Shown piece after piece: positions 9,779-20,043 of a stretch of 64,000 nt of DNA. The notes beneath the pieces were generated by a model. It did not search any database. It was given only the letters and a program-made list of their open reading frames with translations, and was not told where the DNA came from. The stretch comes from Nitrospirota bacterium. Lineage in GTDB: Bacteria > Nitrospirota > Thermodesulfovibrionia > Thermodesulfovibrionales > UBA9159. Each line of letters starts with the position of its first letter. The first letter of the stretch is position 1. The stretch lies in the NCBI GenBank assembly GCA_963699545.1, contig CAVOUE010000005.1:256001-320000 (forward strand), given 5' to 3'. The position numbers were made by a program, and so were the translations under genes.

Positions 9779-10360
9779 CTAAAGGTCGTAATGCGCCCTG
9801 TACAACGTCAGAACGGTATCACCATATTTATAAGCCTTCACAAATGCAAGCCTCCCCGCTGATTCGGGAAGCTTCGTCCTCGAAAAATGCTCAGCGATCA
9901 CGAGACCCCCTTCCCGTATCACCTTTCCCTCCCCGATGAGGGGAAGGATCTTTGTGAGCTCTCCGGAACCATAGGGCGGATCAAGAAATATGATGTCATA
10001 GCGCTGTCCCTTCCTTCCTTCCCTCTCCAGGAAATCGTATGCCCTGAGATGTATCACCTTCGCCCTGCCGGAAAAATCAAATTCGGACACAAGATGCTCG
10101 ATCATCCGGACCCTCATCGTATTCGTCTCGACCATGACCGCCTTCGCCGCCCCCCGGCTCAACGCCTCTATCCCCATTCCCCCTGTTCCCGCATACAGGT
10201 CGAGGAAAACCGCTCCGGGGAGTTCCTTTCTTATGATATCAAAGAGCGCTTCCCTGACCTTGGCTGAGGTCGGTCTCAGCCCGTCACCATCATTCTTCTT
10301 CAGGAACGCCTTCCTGAAACCGATCTTCCTGCCCTTGGCGCTCCCGCCGGAAATTCTCAC
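9779..10360 (-). CDS. rsmD: 16S rRNA m2G966 methyltransferase
   Basis: RISGGSAKGR, LRPTSAKVREALF, DLYAGTG, FLDPPY; adjacent to coaD. Confidence 0.93.
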   Translation of the reverse strand: MRISGGSAKGRKIGFRKAFLKKNDGDGLRPTSAKVREALFDIIRKELPGAVFLDLYAGTGGMGIEALSRGAAKAVMVETNTMRVRMIEHLVSEFDFSGRAKVIHLRAYDFLEREGRKGQRYDIIFLDPPYGSGELTKILPLIGEGKVIREGGLVIAEHFSRTKLPESAGRLAFVKAYKYGDTVLTLYRAHYDL

Positions 10361-10415
10361 TCATCCCCTCCGAACCCACGAAAGCCCCGGGTTCACCACA
10401 AACGCATCATCAAGT

Positions 10416-11030
10416 TCATACCCCGATATCTTCACCACCCTCCCCTCGACGCCGAGTCTCCCCTTCGGAGAAAAGCCGTATGGCCTCCGGGAATATCCTG
10501 TGCTCCAGCTTCAGTATCCTTTCGGAAAGGCTCTCTTCGGTATCGTTCGGGGAGACCGGCACTGCCGCCTGGATGATCACCGGCCCGGTATCCATCCCTT
10601 CATCGACAAAATGCACGGTGCATCCGCTGATCCTTACCCCGTAATCCACTGCCTGTTTCTGGCCGTGAAGACCCGGGAAGGCCGGCAGAAGCGCGGGATG
10701 TATATTCATGATGCGGTTGGGAAAAGCATCGATGAGGGGCTTTCTCACAACACGCATAAATCCCGCCAGAACCACCAGTCCCACGCTGCGCGCTTTGAGT
10801 TCCTCCGTGATCCTGCGAAAAAAATCATCCTTCGTGGTGAAATCCCCGGGATCGAGGCAGAGGTGCTCGATGGAATGTTTTCTTGCCCGCTCCACGGCAA
10901 AGGCCCCTGCATTGTCCACCACCAGAAGTTTCACGACAGCGTTAAGCCTTCCCGCTTCTATTGAGTCGATGATCGCCTGGAAATTCGAACCTCGGCCGGA
11001 AGCAAGAACGCCAAGGGGCAGTCTCTCCAT
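10416..11030 (-). CDS. purN: Phosphoribosylglycinamide formyltransferase (C-terminus probably altered by a 1-nt homopolymer indel near 10460)
   Basis: GVLASGRGSNFQAI, LAGFMR, NIHPALLPAFPG, GCTVHFVDEGMDTGP. Confidence 0.95.
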   Translation of the reverse strand: MERLPLGVLASGRGSNFQAIIDSIEAGRLNAVVKLLVVDNAGAFAVERARKHSIEHLCLDPGDFTTKDDFFRRITEELKARSVGLVVLAGFMRVVRKPLIDAFPNRIMNIHPALLPAFPGLHGQKQAVDYGVRISGCTVHFVDEGMDTGPVIIQAAVPVSPNDTEESLSERILKLEHRIFPEAIRLFSEGETRRRGEGGEDIGV

Positions 11031-11031
11031 T

Positions 11032-12033
11032 TCACAGCCTCACTTCCACAAAGGCCCGTTCCCTGAGACCCCTGAGCCAGCTCCTGTACTCTTCATTGAA
11101 TTTCTTTTCGAACAGCTTCTTCCTCACGCTCTCCCTGAACTCATCCGCTTTCCCGGCGTCCACCTTTTCTTCGAGCCTTATGATATGGAGTCCCCTTGCC
11201 GTCCAGAAAGGTCTGCTCATGTCACCCACAGACATCGGCGAAAGCACATCGAGGAACTCTTTGCCAAGAAGCTCCTTCTTGATGAACCCGAGGTCGCCGC
11301 CTGCTTTTCCCGTGGGGTCTTCAGAATATTTGAAAGCCGCTGCAGCGAAGTCCTCCCCGCCCTTCACCTTCTGGAACACCTCTTCCGCACGGGCCTCCAC
11401 TGCGCTCCTGTCGGCATCCTTTTCAGGGGCTTTGAAAAGGATCTGCCTTACCCTGTACTCGGTGTCCGCATTCGTTGCCATGTATTGCTTCACTTCTTCA
11501 TCCGTCACCACGACTCTGTTCCTCACCTGCTGACTCACGACCTTGCTCAGAATGATATGCTCCGCGAGGCGCTTCTTGTATTCATCAAAGGTGAACCCTT
11601 CCTTCTTCAGGGATTCCTCAAATTCTTTTTCACCCATAGAGTATTTCTTCTTGATCCCCTCGATGGCGTCGGCGATCTCCTCCTTGCTTGCACCGATGTC
11701 CAGTCTCTTTGCTGCCTGCAACTGCAGTTTCTTGTCGATCATACCTTCGAGGAATGTTGCTTCGCTCTCTTTGAACAGCCTTTTCTTGTCGGCATCGTTC
11801 ATAGACCTCATCTCTCCGCTCACCACCTCGAACTCCATAGCCCTGTAGAGTTCGCTCCACGTGATTACCTCCTTGTTCACCACCGCAACAACCTTGTCAA
11901 GGAGAGGTGAGGCGTATATGCTTCCTGTAAAAAGGACACACACAATAAGGACAGCCGCGAAAATATGAGAGAACCTCCGGACACCACAACCGCTACTTCC
12001 AGACACCATTCGCAACCTCCTGTCAGCGATCAC
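11032..12033 (-). CDS. surA: SurA/PrsA-type peptidyl-prolyl isomerase chaperone
   Basis: Signal peptide, LDKVVAVVNKEVIT SurA N-domain, parvulin YSEDPTGKAGGDLGF; exact start uncertain. Confidence 0.82.
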   Translation of the reverse strand: MIADRRLRMVSGSSGCGVRRFSHIFAAVLIVCVLFTGSIYASPLLDKVVAVVNKEVITWSELYRAMEFEVVSGEMRSMNDADKKRLFKESEATFLEGMIDKKLQLQAAKRLDIGASKEEIADAIEGIKKKYSMGEKEFEESLKKEGFTFDEYKKRLAEHIILSKVVSQQVRNRVVVTDEEVKQYMATNADTEYRVRQILFKAPEKDADRSAVEARAEEVFQKVKGGEDFAAAAFKYSEDPTGKAGGDLGFIKKELLGKEFLDVLSPMSVGDMSRPFWTARGLHIIRLEEKVDAGKADEFRESVRKKLFEKKFNEEYRSWLRGLRERAFVEVRL

Positions 12034-12153
12034 CTGATCAATATAGCAGCTTTAAACCTATATCAAGTAAGAACAAAATTTCAATAGCAATCTCGACGGC
12101 TGACATTTCGCGGTCATCTTGCCTTTTCCCGGCATGCCGCTTAAACTATCTCC

Positions 12154-12408
12154 GTGAAACTGATCCCTGCAGTGATATGCATCGTCATCGTCTTTCTGTC
12201 CGGATTGCTCTTTCTCAAGGGAAGAAGCGCTTCCGGAAAGACAGGTTTTCCCGGCGCACCGCCAGGACAGATGAGAAAGACAGCGCTCTTCATAGCCGCC
12301 ACAGCGCTGCTGGCGCTCTTCGGCGTTCTTTTCATGTTCCTCGGAAAGATCGCTCTTCTCATCGCTTTGCTCGTCCTCGGCTTTTTTTTCCTCTCCCGCA
12401 AGAAATAA
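12154..12408 (+). CDS. Small membrane protein, hypothetical
   Basis: 84 aa with about three hydrophobic segments and a basic C-terminus; fills the gap between surA and hypE. Confidence 0.55.
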   Translation: MKLIPAVICIVIVFLSGLLFLKGRSASGKTGFPGAPPGQMRKTALFIAATALLALFGVLFMFLGKIALLIALLVLGFFFLSRKK

Positions 12409-12422
12409 CGTGGACTCCCCAA

Positions 12423-13493
12423 TCAGCATATTCTCGGCAACTGCTCTCCCTGGAGCATATCTACAATGCGGGTACCCCCGATCGATGTTTCGAGAAGCAC
12501 CATGCCTTCGGGGGACTCCAGCACCTCGCCGATGATCCCCGCCTTGACCCCTGCCGGGTGTTCCTTCATCACCCCCAGGAGATCATCAGCAGCACGGGGA
12601 GCCACGATCGCAAGAAGCGCTCCCTCATTGGCCACATAGAGCGGATCAAGACCGAGAAGATCGCATGCCCCCCTCACCTGCGGCGCAACGGGAATAGCGT
12701 CCTCCCTGATCCTCATACACTTTCCTGACTCCACGGCGGCTTCCTTGAGCGTCGTCGCAAGCCCTCCCCTTGTGGGGTCCCTCATGAAATGAATATCCCT
12801 CGTGACGCCAAGCATCGCCCTGACAAGACCGTTCAGCGGCGAGGTATCGCTGACGATCGGCGGATCAAAGGTTATCCCGTTCCTTTCGGACATCACGGCC
12901 ATCCCGTGACTTCCCATCTCGCCGCTGATGAGCACTTTGTCGCCTTTCTTGATTTTTGCGGCCGCTATTTCCACCCCTTCAAAGAGGATGCCGATCCCCG
13001 AGGTGTTGATGAATATCCCGTCACCCTTCCCCTTGTTTACCACCTTGGTGTCACCGGCAACGATCTTCACCCCCGCAACCTCAGCCGCCCTGGACATCGA
13101 TGACACGATAGTCCTGAGATCCTCAAAGAGAAAACCCTCCTCGATAATGAACCCCGCAGTAAGGAAAAGAGGAACAGCGCCGGACACCGCAAGGTCGTTC
13201 ACGGTTCCGTAGACTGCCAGATCTCCTATGTTGCCGCCCGGGAAAAACAGGGGAGACACCACATAGGAATCGGTCGTGAACGCCAGCCTGAAAAGTTCCG
13301 GGCTCAGAGTGCGGAGTTCTGAGACCGTATGAAGTTCACGGTTGAGCTCAAGACCCCGGACCAATAACTCTGAACTGTTGATAATGGCAGAGTCCCCGAA
13401 TCCCTCCATCTTAAAGGCAGGCCCGAAATGCTCTGAGATGAGCTCATGCATCAACCTGCCGCCGCTGCCATGCCCGAGGAGTATCCTATCCAC
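12423..13493 (-). CDS. hypE: Hydrogenase maturation protein HypE
   Basis: LGHGSGGRLM, FTTDSYVVSPLFFPGGNIG, RDPTRGGL, C-terminal PRIC. Confidence 0.97.
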   Translation of the reverse strand: MDRILLGHGSGGRLMHELISEHFGPAFKMEGFGDSAIINSSELLVRGLELNRELHTVSELRTLSPELFRLAFTTDSYVVSPLFFPGGNIGDLAVYGTVNDLAVSGAVPLFLTAGFIIEEGFLFEDLRTIVSSMSRAAEVAGVKIVAGDTKVVNKGKGDGIFINTSGIGILFEGVEIAAAKIKKGDKVLISGEMGSHGMAVMSERNGITFDPPIVSDTSPLNGLVRAMLGVTRDIHFMRDPTRGGLATTLKEAAVESGKCMRIREDAIPVAPQVRGACDLLGLDPLYVANEGALLAIVAPRAADDLLGVMKEHPAGVKAGIIGEVLESPEGMVLLETSIGGTRIVDMLQGEQLPRIC

Positions 13494-14550
13494 GGTATGC
13501 TCCGTACCGGTAATACGCTGCGCAGCTTCCCTCGGCGCTCACCATGCACGCGCCCACAGGGCTCTCCGGAGTGCACCCTGTGCCGAACATCGGGCACTCC
13601 GGCGGGATCTTCACTCCCCTCAGGACATCGCCGCAGGAGCACTCCGCAGGCTCAGGATAATCGGGTACGTCCGGAGCGAACTTCTTCAGGGCATCGAACC
13701 TGCTGAATCTCTCTCTGAGCCTGAGGCCGCTTCCGGGGATCGTCCCTATCCCACGCCAGTACGCATCGGCGGGTTCAAAGACCTCTTCAATGAAGGAGAC
13801 GGCCCTCGTGTTGCCTTCTTCGCGCACCACCTTTGTATATTGAATCTCGATGGCTGCTCTCTTCTGGGCGATCTGCATGAGTATCATAAGGATGCCCTCG
13901 ATGATATCCCCTGCGTCAAAACCGGTGATCACCCCGGGTTTTCCGTATTCCGATGCCATGAACTCATACGGCCTCATGCCGATGATGGTGCTCACGTGCC
14001 CCGGGAGTATGAATCCGTCCACCTGGACATCAGGGGAACCGAGCAGCGCCTTGAGCGCCGGCGGCACCAGCTTGTGCACGGTATAGATAGAAAAATTTCG
14101 CACGCCTCTTTTTTCCGCCTCCGCAACCGTGGCCGCGATGAGGGGAGATGTGGTCTCAAAGCCCGTAGCGAAGAAGACCACTTCCCTTTCCGGAGCCTCC
14201 ACCGCAAGCTTCACGGAATCCATGGGGGAATAGAAGATCCTGACATCGGCGCCCTGGGACCGTGCATCATTAAGAGACCCTTTCCCCCCGGGGACCCTCA
14301 TCATGTCCCCGAAGGTTGCGAGCGTGACACGGGGAATCCTGGATATGGCGATGGCGGAGTCAACATCCTTAACGGAGGTGACACAGACGGGACATCCCGG
14401 TCCGCTGATGAGACTGATGTTTGCAGGGATCACATCCCTGATGCCGTGTCTGAAGATGGCAACGGTATGTGTGCCGCAGACCTCCATAAGCTTCAGCGGC
14501 CTTCCCACTCTCTTTGTCAGCTTCCCTAATTCCTCAAGCATCTCTTTCAT
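13486..14550 (-). CDS. hypD: Hydrogenase maturation protein HypD
   Basis: MEVCGTHT, GPGCPVC, GFETT, PGHVS, C-terminal Fe-S cysteines. Confidence 0.97.
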   Translation of the reverse strand: MKEMLEELGKLTKRVGRPLKLMEVCGTHTVAIFRHGIRDVIPANISLISGPGCPVCVTSVKDVDSAIAISRIPRVTLATFGDMMRVPGGKGSLNDARSQGADVRIFYSPMDSVKLAVEAPEREVVFFATGFETTSPLIAATVAEAEKRGVRNFSIYTVHKLVPPALKALLGSPDVQVDGFILPGHVSTIIGMRPYEFMASEYGKPGVITGFDAGDIIEGILMILMQIAQKRAAIEIQYTKVVREEGNTRAVSFIEEVFEPADAYWRGIGTIPGSGLRLRERFSRFDALKKFAPDVPDYPEPAECSCGDVLRGVKIPPECPMFGTGCTPESPVGACMVSAEGSCAAYYRYGAYRG

Positions 14551-14553
14551 TCC

Positions 14554-17037
14554 CTACCCCTTATGAGAAGATTCTTTTTTTGCTGTCCTCAGTCTCTCCC
14601 GGCACAGGTACGCCTGCCCCAGAGATATGCCTGCATCATTGCACGGCACTTTCTCGTTCACGTATACATGCAACCCTTCCAGCGTCAGCAACCGCACCGC
14701 CCTTTCAAGGAGATAGAGGTTCTGGAATGTGCCACCGCTCAAGGCAACGTTATCCATCCCATAGGTCTCTGCAATTGCCGTTGCCGTCCGGACGATCACA
14801 CTGGACAGCGTATTATGGAACTTGGTCGCAACTATGCGTCTATCCATGCCCCGAAGGAAATCCTCCGCCATGCCCGTGATGCAATAGGAAAAGTCAACAA
14901 GCATCCCCCTCTTCTCCGCAATGTCCAGTTTTATGTCAACGGGATACTCCTCCTCCATGCCTTCGGTGACGAGGGACTCCAGGGCTATGGCAGCCTCACC
15001 CTCAAAGGTATTCCTGTCACACAGACCGAGGAGGGCAGAGACCGCATCGAAAAGCCTCCCCGCACCAGATGAGAGGGGAGAGAACTCCCTCACAGGAATG
15101 AGTTTCATTATTTTCTCTATCAGGTCCATGCCGTACCTCCCGACAAAGCCGAGGGCCTTCATTGTGTCCAGTGCCCTTTCTCCTTCAGCGTCAGCCATAT
15201 AACTCACTGCGGTCCTCCAGGGCTCCCGTATCGCAGCCTCCCCGCCGGGGAGAGGAATGTATTTGAAGTGCCCCGCCCTTTCAAATCCATAGATGTCCGC
15301 GACCAAGAACTCACCGCCCCAAAGATTTCCGTCCGGGCCGTATCCTGTTCCGTCAAAGGCAACGCCTATCACTTTTCCTGACAGTCCATGCTCCGCCATG
15401 ACAGAACCGATATGGGCATAATGGTGCTGGATGCCGAAGGTCTTTATCTTCCCCTCGCCCTTCGCTCCCTGTTCCAGTGCCCACCGGGTCGAGAGATAGC
15501 CGGGATGGAGGTCATGGGCTATGGCAACGGGCTCCGCCCTGTATACTTTCTTTATGTTTTTCAGGCTCTCCTCGAAGAACGTAAGGGTCTCGTAATTCTC
15601 CATATCCCCGATATGCTGGCTTGGGATCGCAAAGTTCCCCCTTGTGACCGTAAAGGTATTCTTGAGGTCTGCACCGCATCCCATCACATCGGGCCCGTCA
15701 TCGTGCAGCGCGACCGGCTCGGGGGCATACCCCCGTGAACGGCGAATAAAGGAGATTGACGGATCGAGGGAACGGAAATAGGGGGACGCCGAGACAGCAG
15801 ACTTCACCGTGCCTTGAAGTCTTCGCGTCATCGCATTCACCCGCACAACAGAATCATCCACCCTCATAAAGATGTCCCTGTCGTGGAGGAGGACCGCGTC
15901 AACGATACCCTCAAGTTTTTCAACCGCCTCATCATTATCTCTGACTATGGGCTCTTCCGAGAGATTTCCGCTGGTCATCACAAGGGCGTCAAAGTGCGTG
16001 CCCCCTTCTTCACCCTCCTCTGGCAAACGGGGGACTGCGGAGGGTCTATCCGGACCGGGATAGGAGAACAGGAGGTAATGCAGCGGTGTATAGGGGAGCA
16101 TGAAACCGAGATACCGGTTATGGGGAGCCACCGTCTCAGGGAGGGGCGTTTTCAGATCACCCTTTCTCCTGAGTAGAACGATGGGCCGCCTGTTCGACAG
16201 CAAAAGCTGCCGCTCTTCCACCGAAACCTCGCAGTACCTTTCTATCGCCCCGAGGTCAGGGGCCATAAGCCCGAAAGGCTTGTTGCTCTTTCTCTTCCGC
16301 TCCCTTAACCTTCTCACCGCCTCGCTGTCGGACGCGTCACAGGCGATGTGGAAACCGCCGATGCCTTTGACCGCGATGATAGCCCCTTCCTTCAAAAGTC
16401 TTATGGTCGCCGCCACAGGATCCTCTTTTTCAGAAACCCAGAACTTTGAACTTTGTCCGCTGAGGCGGATCAACTGCACGCGGGGGCCGCATTTCGGACA
16501 CGCATCGGGTTGCGCGTGGAACCTCCGGCTTTTCGGGTCATGGTATTCTTCAGTACACTCAGGACACATCGCGAAAGCGGACATGGTGGTGTTCGGCCTG
16601 TCATAGGGCACTGACCTTGTGATGGAGAACCTGGGGCCGCAATGCGTGCAGTTGATAAAGGGGTACAGGTATCTTCTGTCGTCACGGTCAAAGAGTTCCT
16701 TCAGACAGTCATCGCAGACCGATACATCCGGGGAGATGAGCGTAAACGTGCCCTCATCGGTGCTCTCGACGATCCGGAAATCCGCATATCCGCACGCAGG
16801 CAGGGGGGATACGGCAACTTCGTATATCCGCGAAAGGTCCGGCGCCTCGACAGGAAGCCTTGCGATGAAGTCAGAGAGGTTTTCTCCCTCCACATCGATG
16901 CTCACGCCGTCAGAGGTATTGGTCACATATCCCCTCAGGTTCAGGGAATCAGCAAGGGTGTAGACATAAGGCCTGAACCCCACACCCTGGACGATCCCCT
17001 TTACTGTGATCTTTGCCCTTTCAGCCATCCGGTCCAT
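14554..17037 (-). CDS. hypF: Carbamoyltransferase HypF
   Basis: Acylphosphatase GIVQGVGFRP, two zinc fingers, KGIGGFH, HDLHP, QHHYAH, NDAGISLGQ. Confidence 0.97.
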   Translation of the reverse strand: MDRMAERAKITVKGIVQGVGFRPYVYTLADSLNLRGYVTNTSDGVSIDVEGENLSDFIARLPVEAPDLSRIYEVAVSPLPACGYADFRIVESTDEGTFTLISPDVSVCDDCLKELFDRDDRRYLYPFINCTHCGPRFSITRSVPYDRPNTTMSAFAMCPECTEEYHDPKSRRFHAQPDACPKCGPRVQLIRLSGQSSKFWVSEKEDPVAATIRLLKEGAIIAVKGIGGFHIACDASDSEAVRRLRERKRKSNKPFGLMAPDLGAIERYCEVSVEERQLLLSNRRPIVLLRRKGDLKTPLPETVAPHNRYLGFMLPYTPLHYLLFSYPGPDRPSAVPRLPEEGEEGGTHFDALVMTSGNLSEEPIVRDNDEAVEKLEGIVDAVLLHDRDIFMRVDDSVVRVNAMTRRLQGTVKSAVSASPYFRSLDPSISFIRRSRGYAPEPVALHDDGPDVMGCGADLKNTFTVTRGNFAIPSQHIGDMENYETLTFFEESLKNIKKVYRAEPVAIAHDLHPGYLSTRWALEQGAKGEGKIKTFGIQHHYAHIGSVMAEHGLSGKVIGVAFDGTGYGPDGNLWGGEFLVADIYGFERAGHFKYIPLPGGEAAIREPWRTAVSYMADAEGERALDTMKALGFVGRYGMDLIEKIMKLIPVREFSPLSSGAGRLFDAVSALLGLCDRNTFEGEAAIALESLVTEGMEEEYPVDIKLDIAEKRGMLVDFSYCITGMAEDFLRGMDRRIVATKFHNTLSSVIVRTATAIAETYGMDNVALSGGTFQNLYLLERAVRLLTLEGLHVYVNEKVPCNDAGISLGQAYLCRERLRTAKKESSHKG

Positions 17038-17651
17038 CGGTCGATCCCCTCCCCGGTCTTTCCGGATACCTCGAATATCTTCATGGACGGATTCAGGGAG
17101 AGAGCGTCCCGCTTTATTTTCGCGACATCCACATCAAGGTGCCCGAGCAGATCGATCTTGTTCAGGATCATCACGGATGACTCCTTGAACATCAGAGGGT
17201 ATTTCAGGGGCTTGTCATGACCTTCTGTAACGCTCAGGAGCATGACCTTCACGTCCTCGCCTACTCTGAACTCCGCCGGACAGACAAGGTTCCCCACATT
17301 CTCTATGACAAGGATATCCAGTTCGCTGAGCGGTACATCGGTGAGGACCTCGCTGATCATATTGGCATCGAGATGGCAGGCACCGCCCGTGTTGATCTGC
17401 ACCACCGGAACTCCGGTCCTGTTTATGCGTTCAGCGTCATCCGTGCCGGCGATATCCCCTTCAATGACGCCGATCCTCAATGAGTCCTTCAACCCCAGAA
17501 TGGTCCTTTCAAGGAGCGTCGTCTTGCCCGCTCCCGGCGCCCCCATAAGGTTCACCACATACACGCCCGCCTCCCTGAATTTCCGCGTATTCTCTTCTGC
17601 TATCCTGTCATTCGCCTCCAGTATCCTCGTCACGACCTTGACCTTCATCAA
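17001..17651 (-). CDS. hypB: Hydrogenase nickel incorporation GTPase HypB
   Basis: GAPGAGKT, INTGGACHLDA, ENVGNLVCPAEF, DKPLKYP. Confidence 0.97.
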   Translation of the reverse strand: MMKVKVVTRILEANDRIAEENTRKFREAGVYVVNLMGAPGAGKTTLLERTILGLKDSLRIGVIEGDIAGTDDAERINRTGVPVVQINTGGACHLDANMISEVLTDVPLSELDILVIENVGNLVCPAEFRVGEDVKVMLLSVTEGHDKPLKYPLMFKESSVMILNKIDLLGHLDVDVAKIKRDALSLNPSMKIFEVSGKTGEGIDRWTGWLKGQRSQ

Positions 17652-17992
17652 TTGACCTCCATTTCAACAATGTCCAGCTCATACCCTTTCCGTATCTTGA
17701 ATGAATGTGAGCCGCAAAGGGGGCAGTTCAACACATACGCTTCGTTCACATCGAAATCATTCCTGCAATCGCTGCAGGACCCGCCCACGGGAACCGTCTC
17801 AATGAAGAGCTCGGCCTCCCGGGCGATGGTATCCTGCTTTGCCGCTTCAAATGCAAAAACAATGGCCTCCGGCATTATGCCCGAGGCCATTCCTATCTTT
17901 ATTCTGACCGATTCGATGGAGTTGTAGCCTTCCTCCTTGCAGCGGCTCGTCAATGTGTCAAGGAGGCTGAGAACAATGGACGCCTCATGCAT
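17648..17992 (-). CDS. hypA: Hydrogenase nickel metallochaperone HypA
   Basis: MHE N-terminus, CSDC and CPLC zinc motifs. Confidence 0.95.
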   Translation of the reverse strand: MHEASIVLSLLDTLTSRCKEEGYNSIESVRIKIGMASGIMPEAIVFAFEAAKQDTIAREAELFIETVPVGGSCSDCRNDFDVNEAYVLNCPLCGSHSFKIRKGYELDIVEMEVN

Positions 17993-18312
17993 TACTGCTC
18001 TTTTGCCAGCCTTTCCTTCTCTTTTTCGTAAGCCTCCTTACCGGCGTCCACTGCGGAAGCGATAATGGATTTCTGGTCCTGCACAAAGCCCTTCCCCTTC
18101 TCCACGGCAGCGTTCACCTGTCCCCTGGCCTGTTCGGCATAGTCCTCTGCCTTCGCTTTCACGTCGTCGGCGAGGTCCTTTATCCGTTGCCTGGTCTCCC
18201 TCCCGGATTTCGGGGCCAGCAATAATGCTACGCCCGCTCCCATCAATCCCCCAAGAAGAAATGAAAGGAACACGGAACTCCCGCCGCAACAGCATTCTTC
18301 ATCATGTCTCAT
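17992..18312 (-). CDS. YtxH domain protein
   Basis: FLLGGLMGAGVALLLAPKSGRETR signature. Confidence 0.88.
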   Translation of the reverse strand: MRHDEECCCGGSSVFLSFLLGGLMGAGVALLLAPKSGRETRQRIKDLADDVKAKAEDYAEQARGQVNAAVEKGKGFVQDQKSIIASAVDAGKEAYEKEKERLAKEQ

Positions 18313-18406
18313 TGTCTGCCTCCCTTCTTGCCTGACGGCAAAAAATACCCTATAGAATGATTACCCGAAAGAGCCGGAATCCAGCAGTTCCCGTCTCCGG
18401 CTATAC

Positions 18407-18793
18407 TTACCTGCTCCTGCTGAAGAGATTCTTTAGAAGTACCTCAAGGGCTGCATTAACGCCCGCCCTCACACCAGAGGCCTTGATCAGGGTAGATGAG
18501 GTCACTCCCCCCACGAGGTCACTCACATGCTTCACGTTCTCACCCACATCCCTTACTGAACCCGAAAGCACCCTGATATCCTCTGTTACCCCGGTAACAT
18601 TGTCCGTTACGCTCCTTAAGCTCTTCAGGGTCAGCTGCAGTTCTTCAAGGGTCGGCTGCAGTGAACACTCCGTGGTTTTCAATAGTTCCCTCATAGATCT
18701 CAGTGCGGCCCGCAGTTCCATCAGGACATAGATCAATACAATGACCGCCGCAACAACGGAAACAGTGATCAGGCCCCAGAATAGACTATTCAT
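18407..18793 (-). CDS. DUF948/YoxC-like membrane-anchored protein
   Basis: N-terminal TM helix plus coiled coil; usual neighbour of YtxH. Confidence 0.75.
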   Translation of the reverse strand: MNSLFWGLITVSVVAAVIVLIYVLMELRAALRSMRELLKTTECSLQPTLEELQLTLKSLRSVTDNVTGVTEDIRVLSGSVRDVGENVKHVSDLVGGVTSSTLIKASGVRAGVNAALEVLLKNLFSRSR

Positions 18794-18906
18794 CTCTCCT
18801 CCTCATAAAAAGTATACCATACCCAGGGAGAACATCGTGCATCCGCATCTATGATGTATTGTATTAGGATTTTTTTGTTATGTAAAGGATTTTTATGGTA
18901 TTTTAG

Positions 18907-20004
18907 ATGACCATGGACGACACGTTCCTGATGAACAGAGCCGTTTCCCTTGCCGCAAGAGCGAGGGGTATGACAAGCCCAAATCCAATGGTGGGTGCGG
19001 TGCTGGTGAAGAACGGAAGGACCATAGCAGAAGATTTTCACAGAAGGCCCGGGACCCCCCATGCAGAGGCGCTTGTTATGCAGAAGGCAGGGGCCAGGGC
19101 AAGGGGAGCAACTCTTTACGTAAGTCTTGAGCCGTGCTGCCATATCGACAAGAGGACCCCACCCTGCACGAAAGCGATCGTGCACGCCGGCATAAAAAAG
19201 GTTGTGATCGCCATGAAAGACCCGAATCCGAAGGTCTCCGGCAAAGGAATAAGAGAACTTCAGGAGGCCGGGATGAAAGTGATTTCCGGGATCCTGGAGG
19301 AAAAGGCCCGAAAACTGAACGAAGCATATATAAAATACATAACGACAAAGAGACCTTTCGTCATGCTGAAAGGCGCTATGACCCTTGACGGAAAGATCGC
19401 CACACCGGAAGGTCAATCAAAGTGGATAACAGGGGAAAAGGCGCGCAAGATGGTCCACAGATTGAGGAGCGGTGTTGACGCTGTCATGACCGCCATCGGT
19501 ACCGTGAAGGCGGATGACCCTGAGCTGACCGCAAGGATCAGGGGCGGGAGGGATCCAAGAAGGATCATTATTGATCCGGAGCTTGAAATACCTCTGAACT
19601 CAAAGGTACTTCGGGTTCCGCCCGACACAATAATAGTGACGAATGAAGAAAATGAAACGGGTGACGTGCCAAGGAAGAGTAAGATTACTAATCTTGTTAA
19701 TTCAGGATGTTACATGTTGTTCTTTAAAGAACAACTTGACCTTTGCTGGCTGATGGAGAGACTGGGGGAAATGGGGATAGCGTCTGTAATGATTGAGGGC
19801 GGCTCCTCATTGAATGCCCATGCACTTGAGGACGGGATCGTGGATAAGGTGATGTTCTTTATCGCTCCAAAGATCATCGGCGGAAGGGAATCATACCCCG
19901 TGGTGGGAGGCCGCACATCCAGGAGACTGGAAGAGGCATACCAGCTCCGGAATGTCACCATGAAACGACTCGGTGAGGATCTTCTGGTGGAAGGATACTT
20001 GTAG
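18907..20004 (+). CDS. ribD: Bifunctional riboflavin biosynthesis deaminase/reductase
   Basis: SPNPMVGAV, HAE, LEPCCH..TPPC, TLDGKIA, IEGG. Confidence 0.96.
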   Translation: MTMDDTFLMNRAVSLAARARGMTSPNPMVGAVLVKNGRTIAEDFHRRPGTPHAEALVMQKAGARARGATLYVSLEPCCHIDKRTPPCTKAIVHAGIKKVVIAMKDPNPKVSGKGIRELQEAGMKVISGILEEKARKLNEAYIKYITTKRPFVMLKGAMTLDGKIATPEGQSKWITGEKARKMVHRLRSGVDAVMTAIGTVKADDPELTARIRGGRDPRRIIIDPELEIPLNSKVLRVPPDTIIVTNEENETGDVPRKSKITNLVNSGCYMLFFKEQLDLCWLMERLGEMGIASVMIEGGSSLNAHALEDGIVDKVMFFIAPKIIGGRESYPVVGGRTSRRLEEAYQLRNVTMKRLGEDLLVEGYL

Positions 20005-20043
20005 TTCCCCTTGAATTACGGACTGCAACAGCAAAGAGACATA

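Noticed and set aside
10708-11910. Long antisense ORFs (also 13342-14529, 28861-30003, 56648-57634, 60398-61414)
   Set aside because: Shadows of well-supported genes on the opposite strand, with no recognisable motifs
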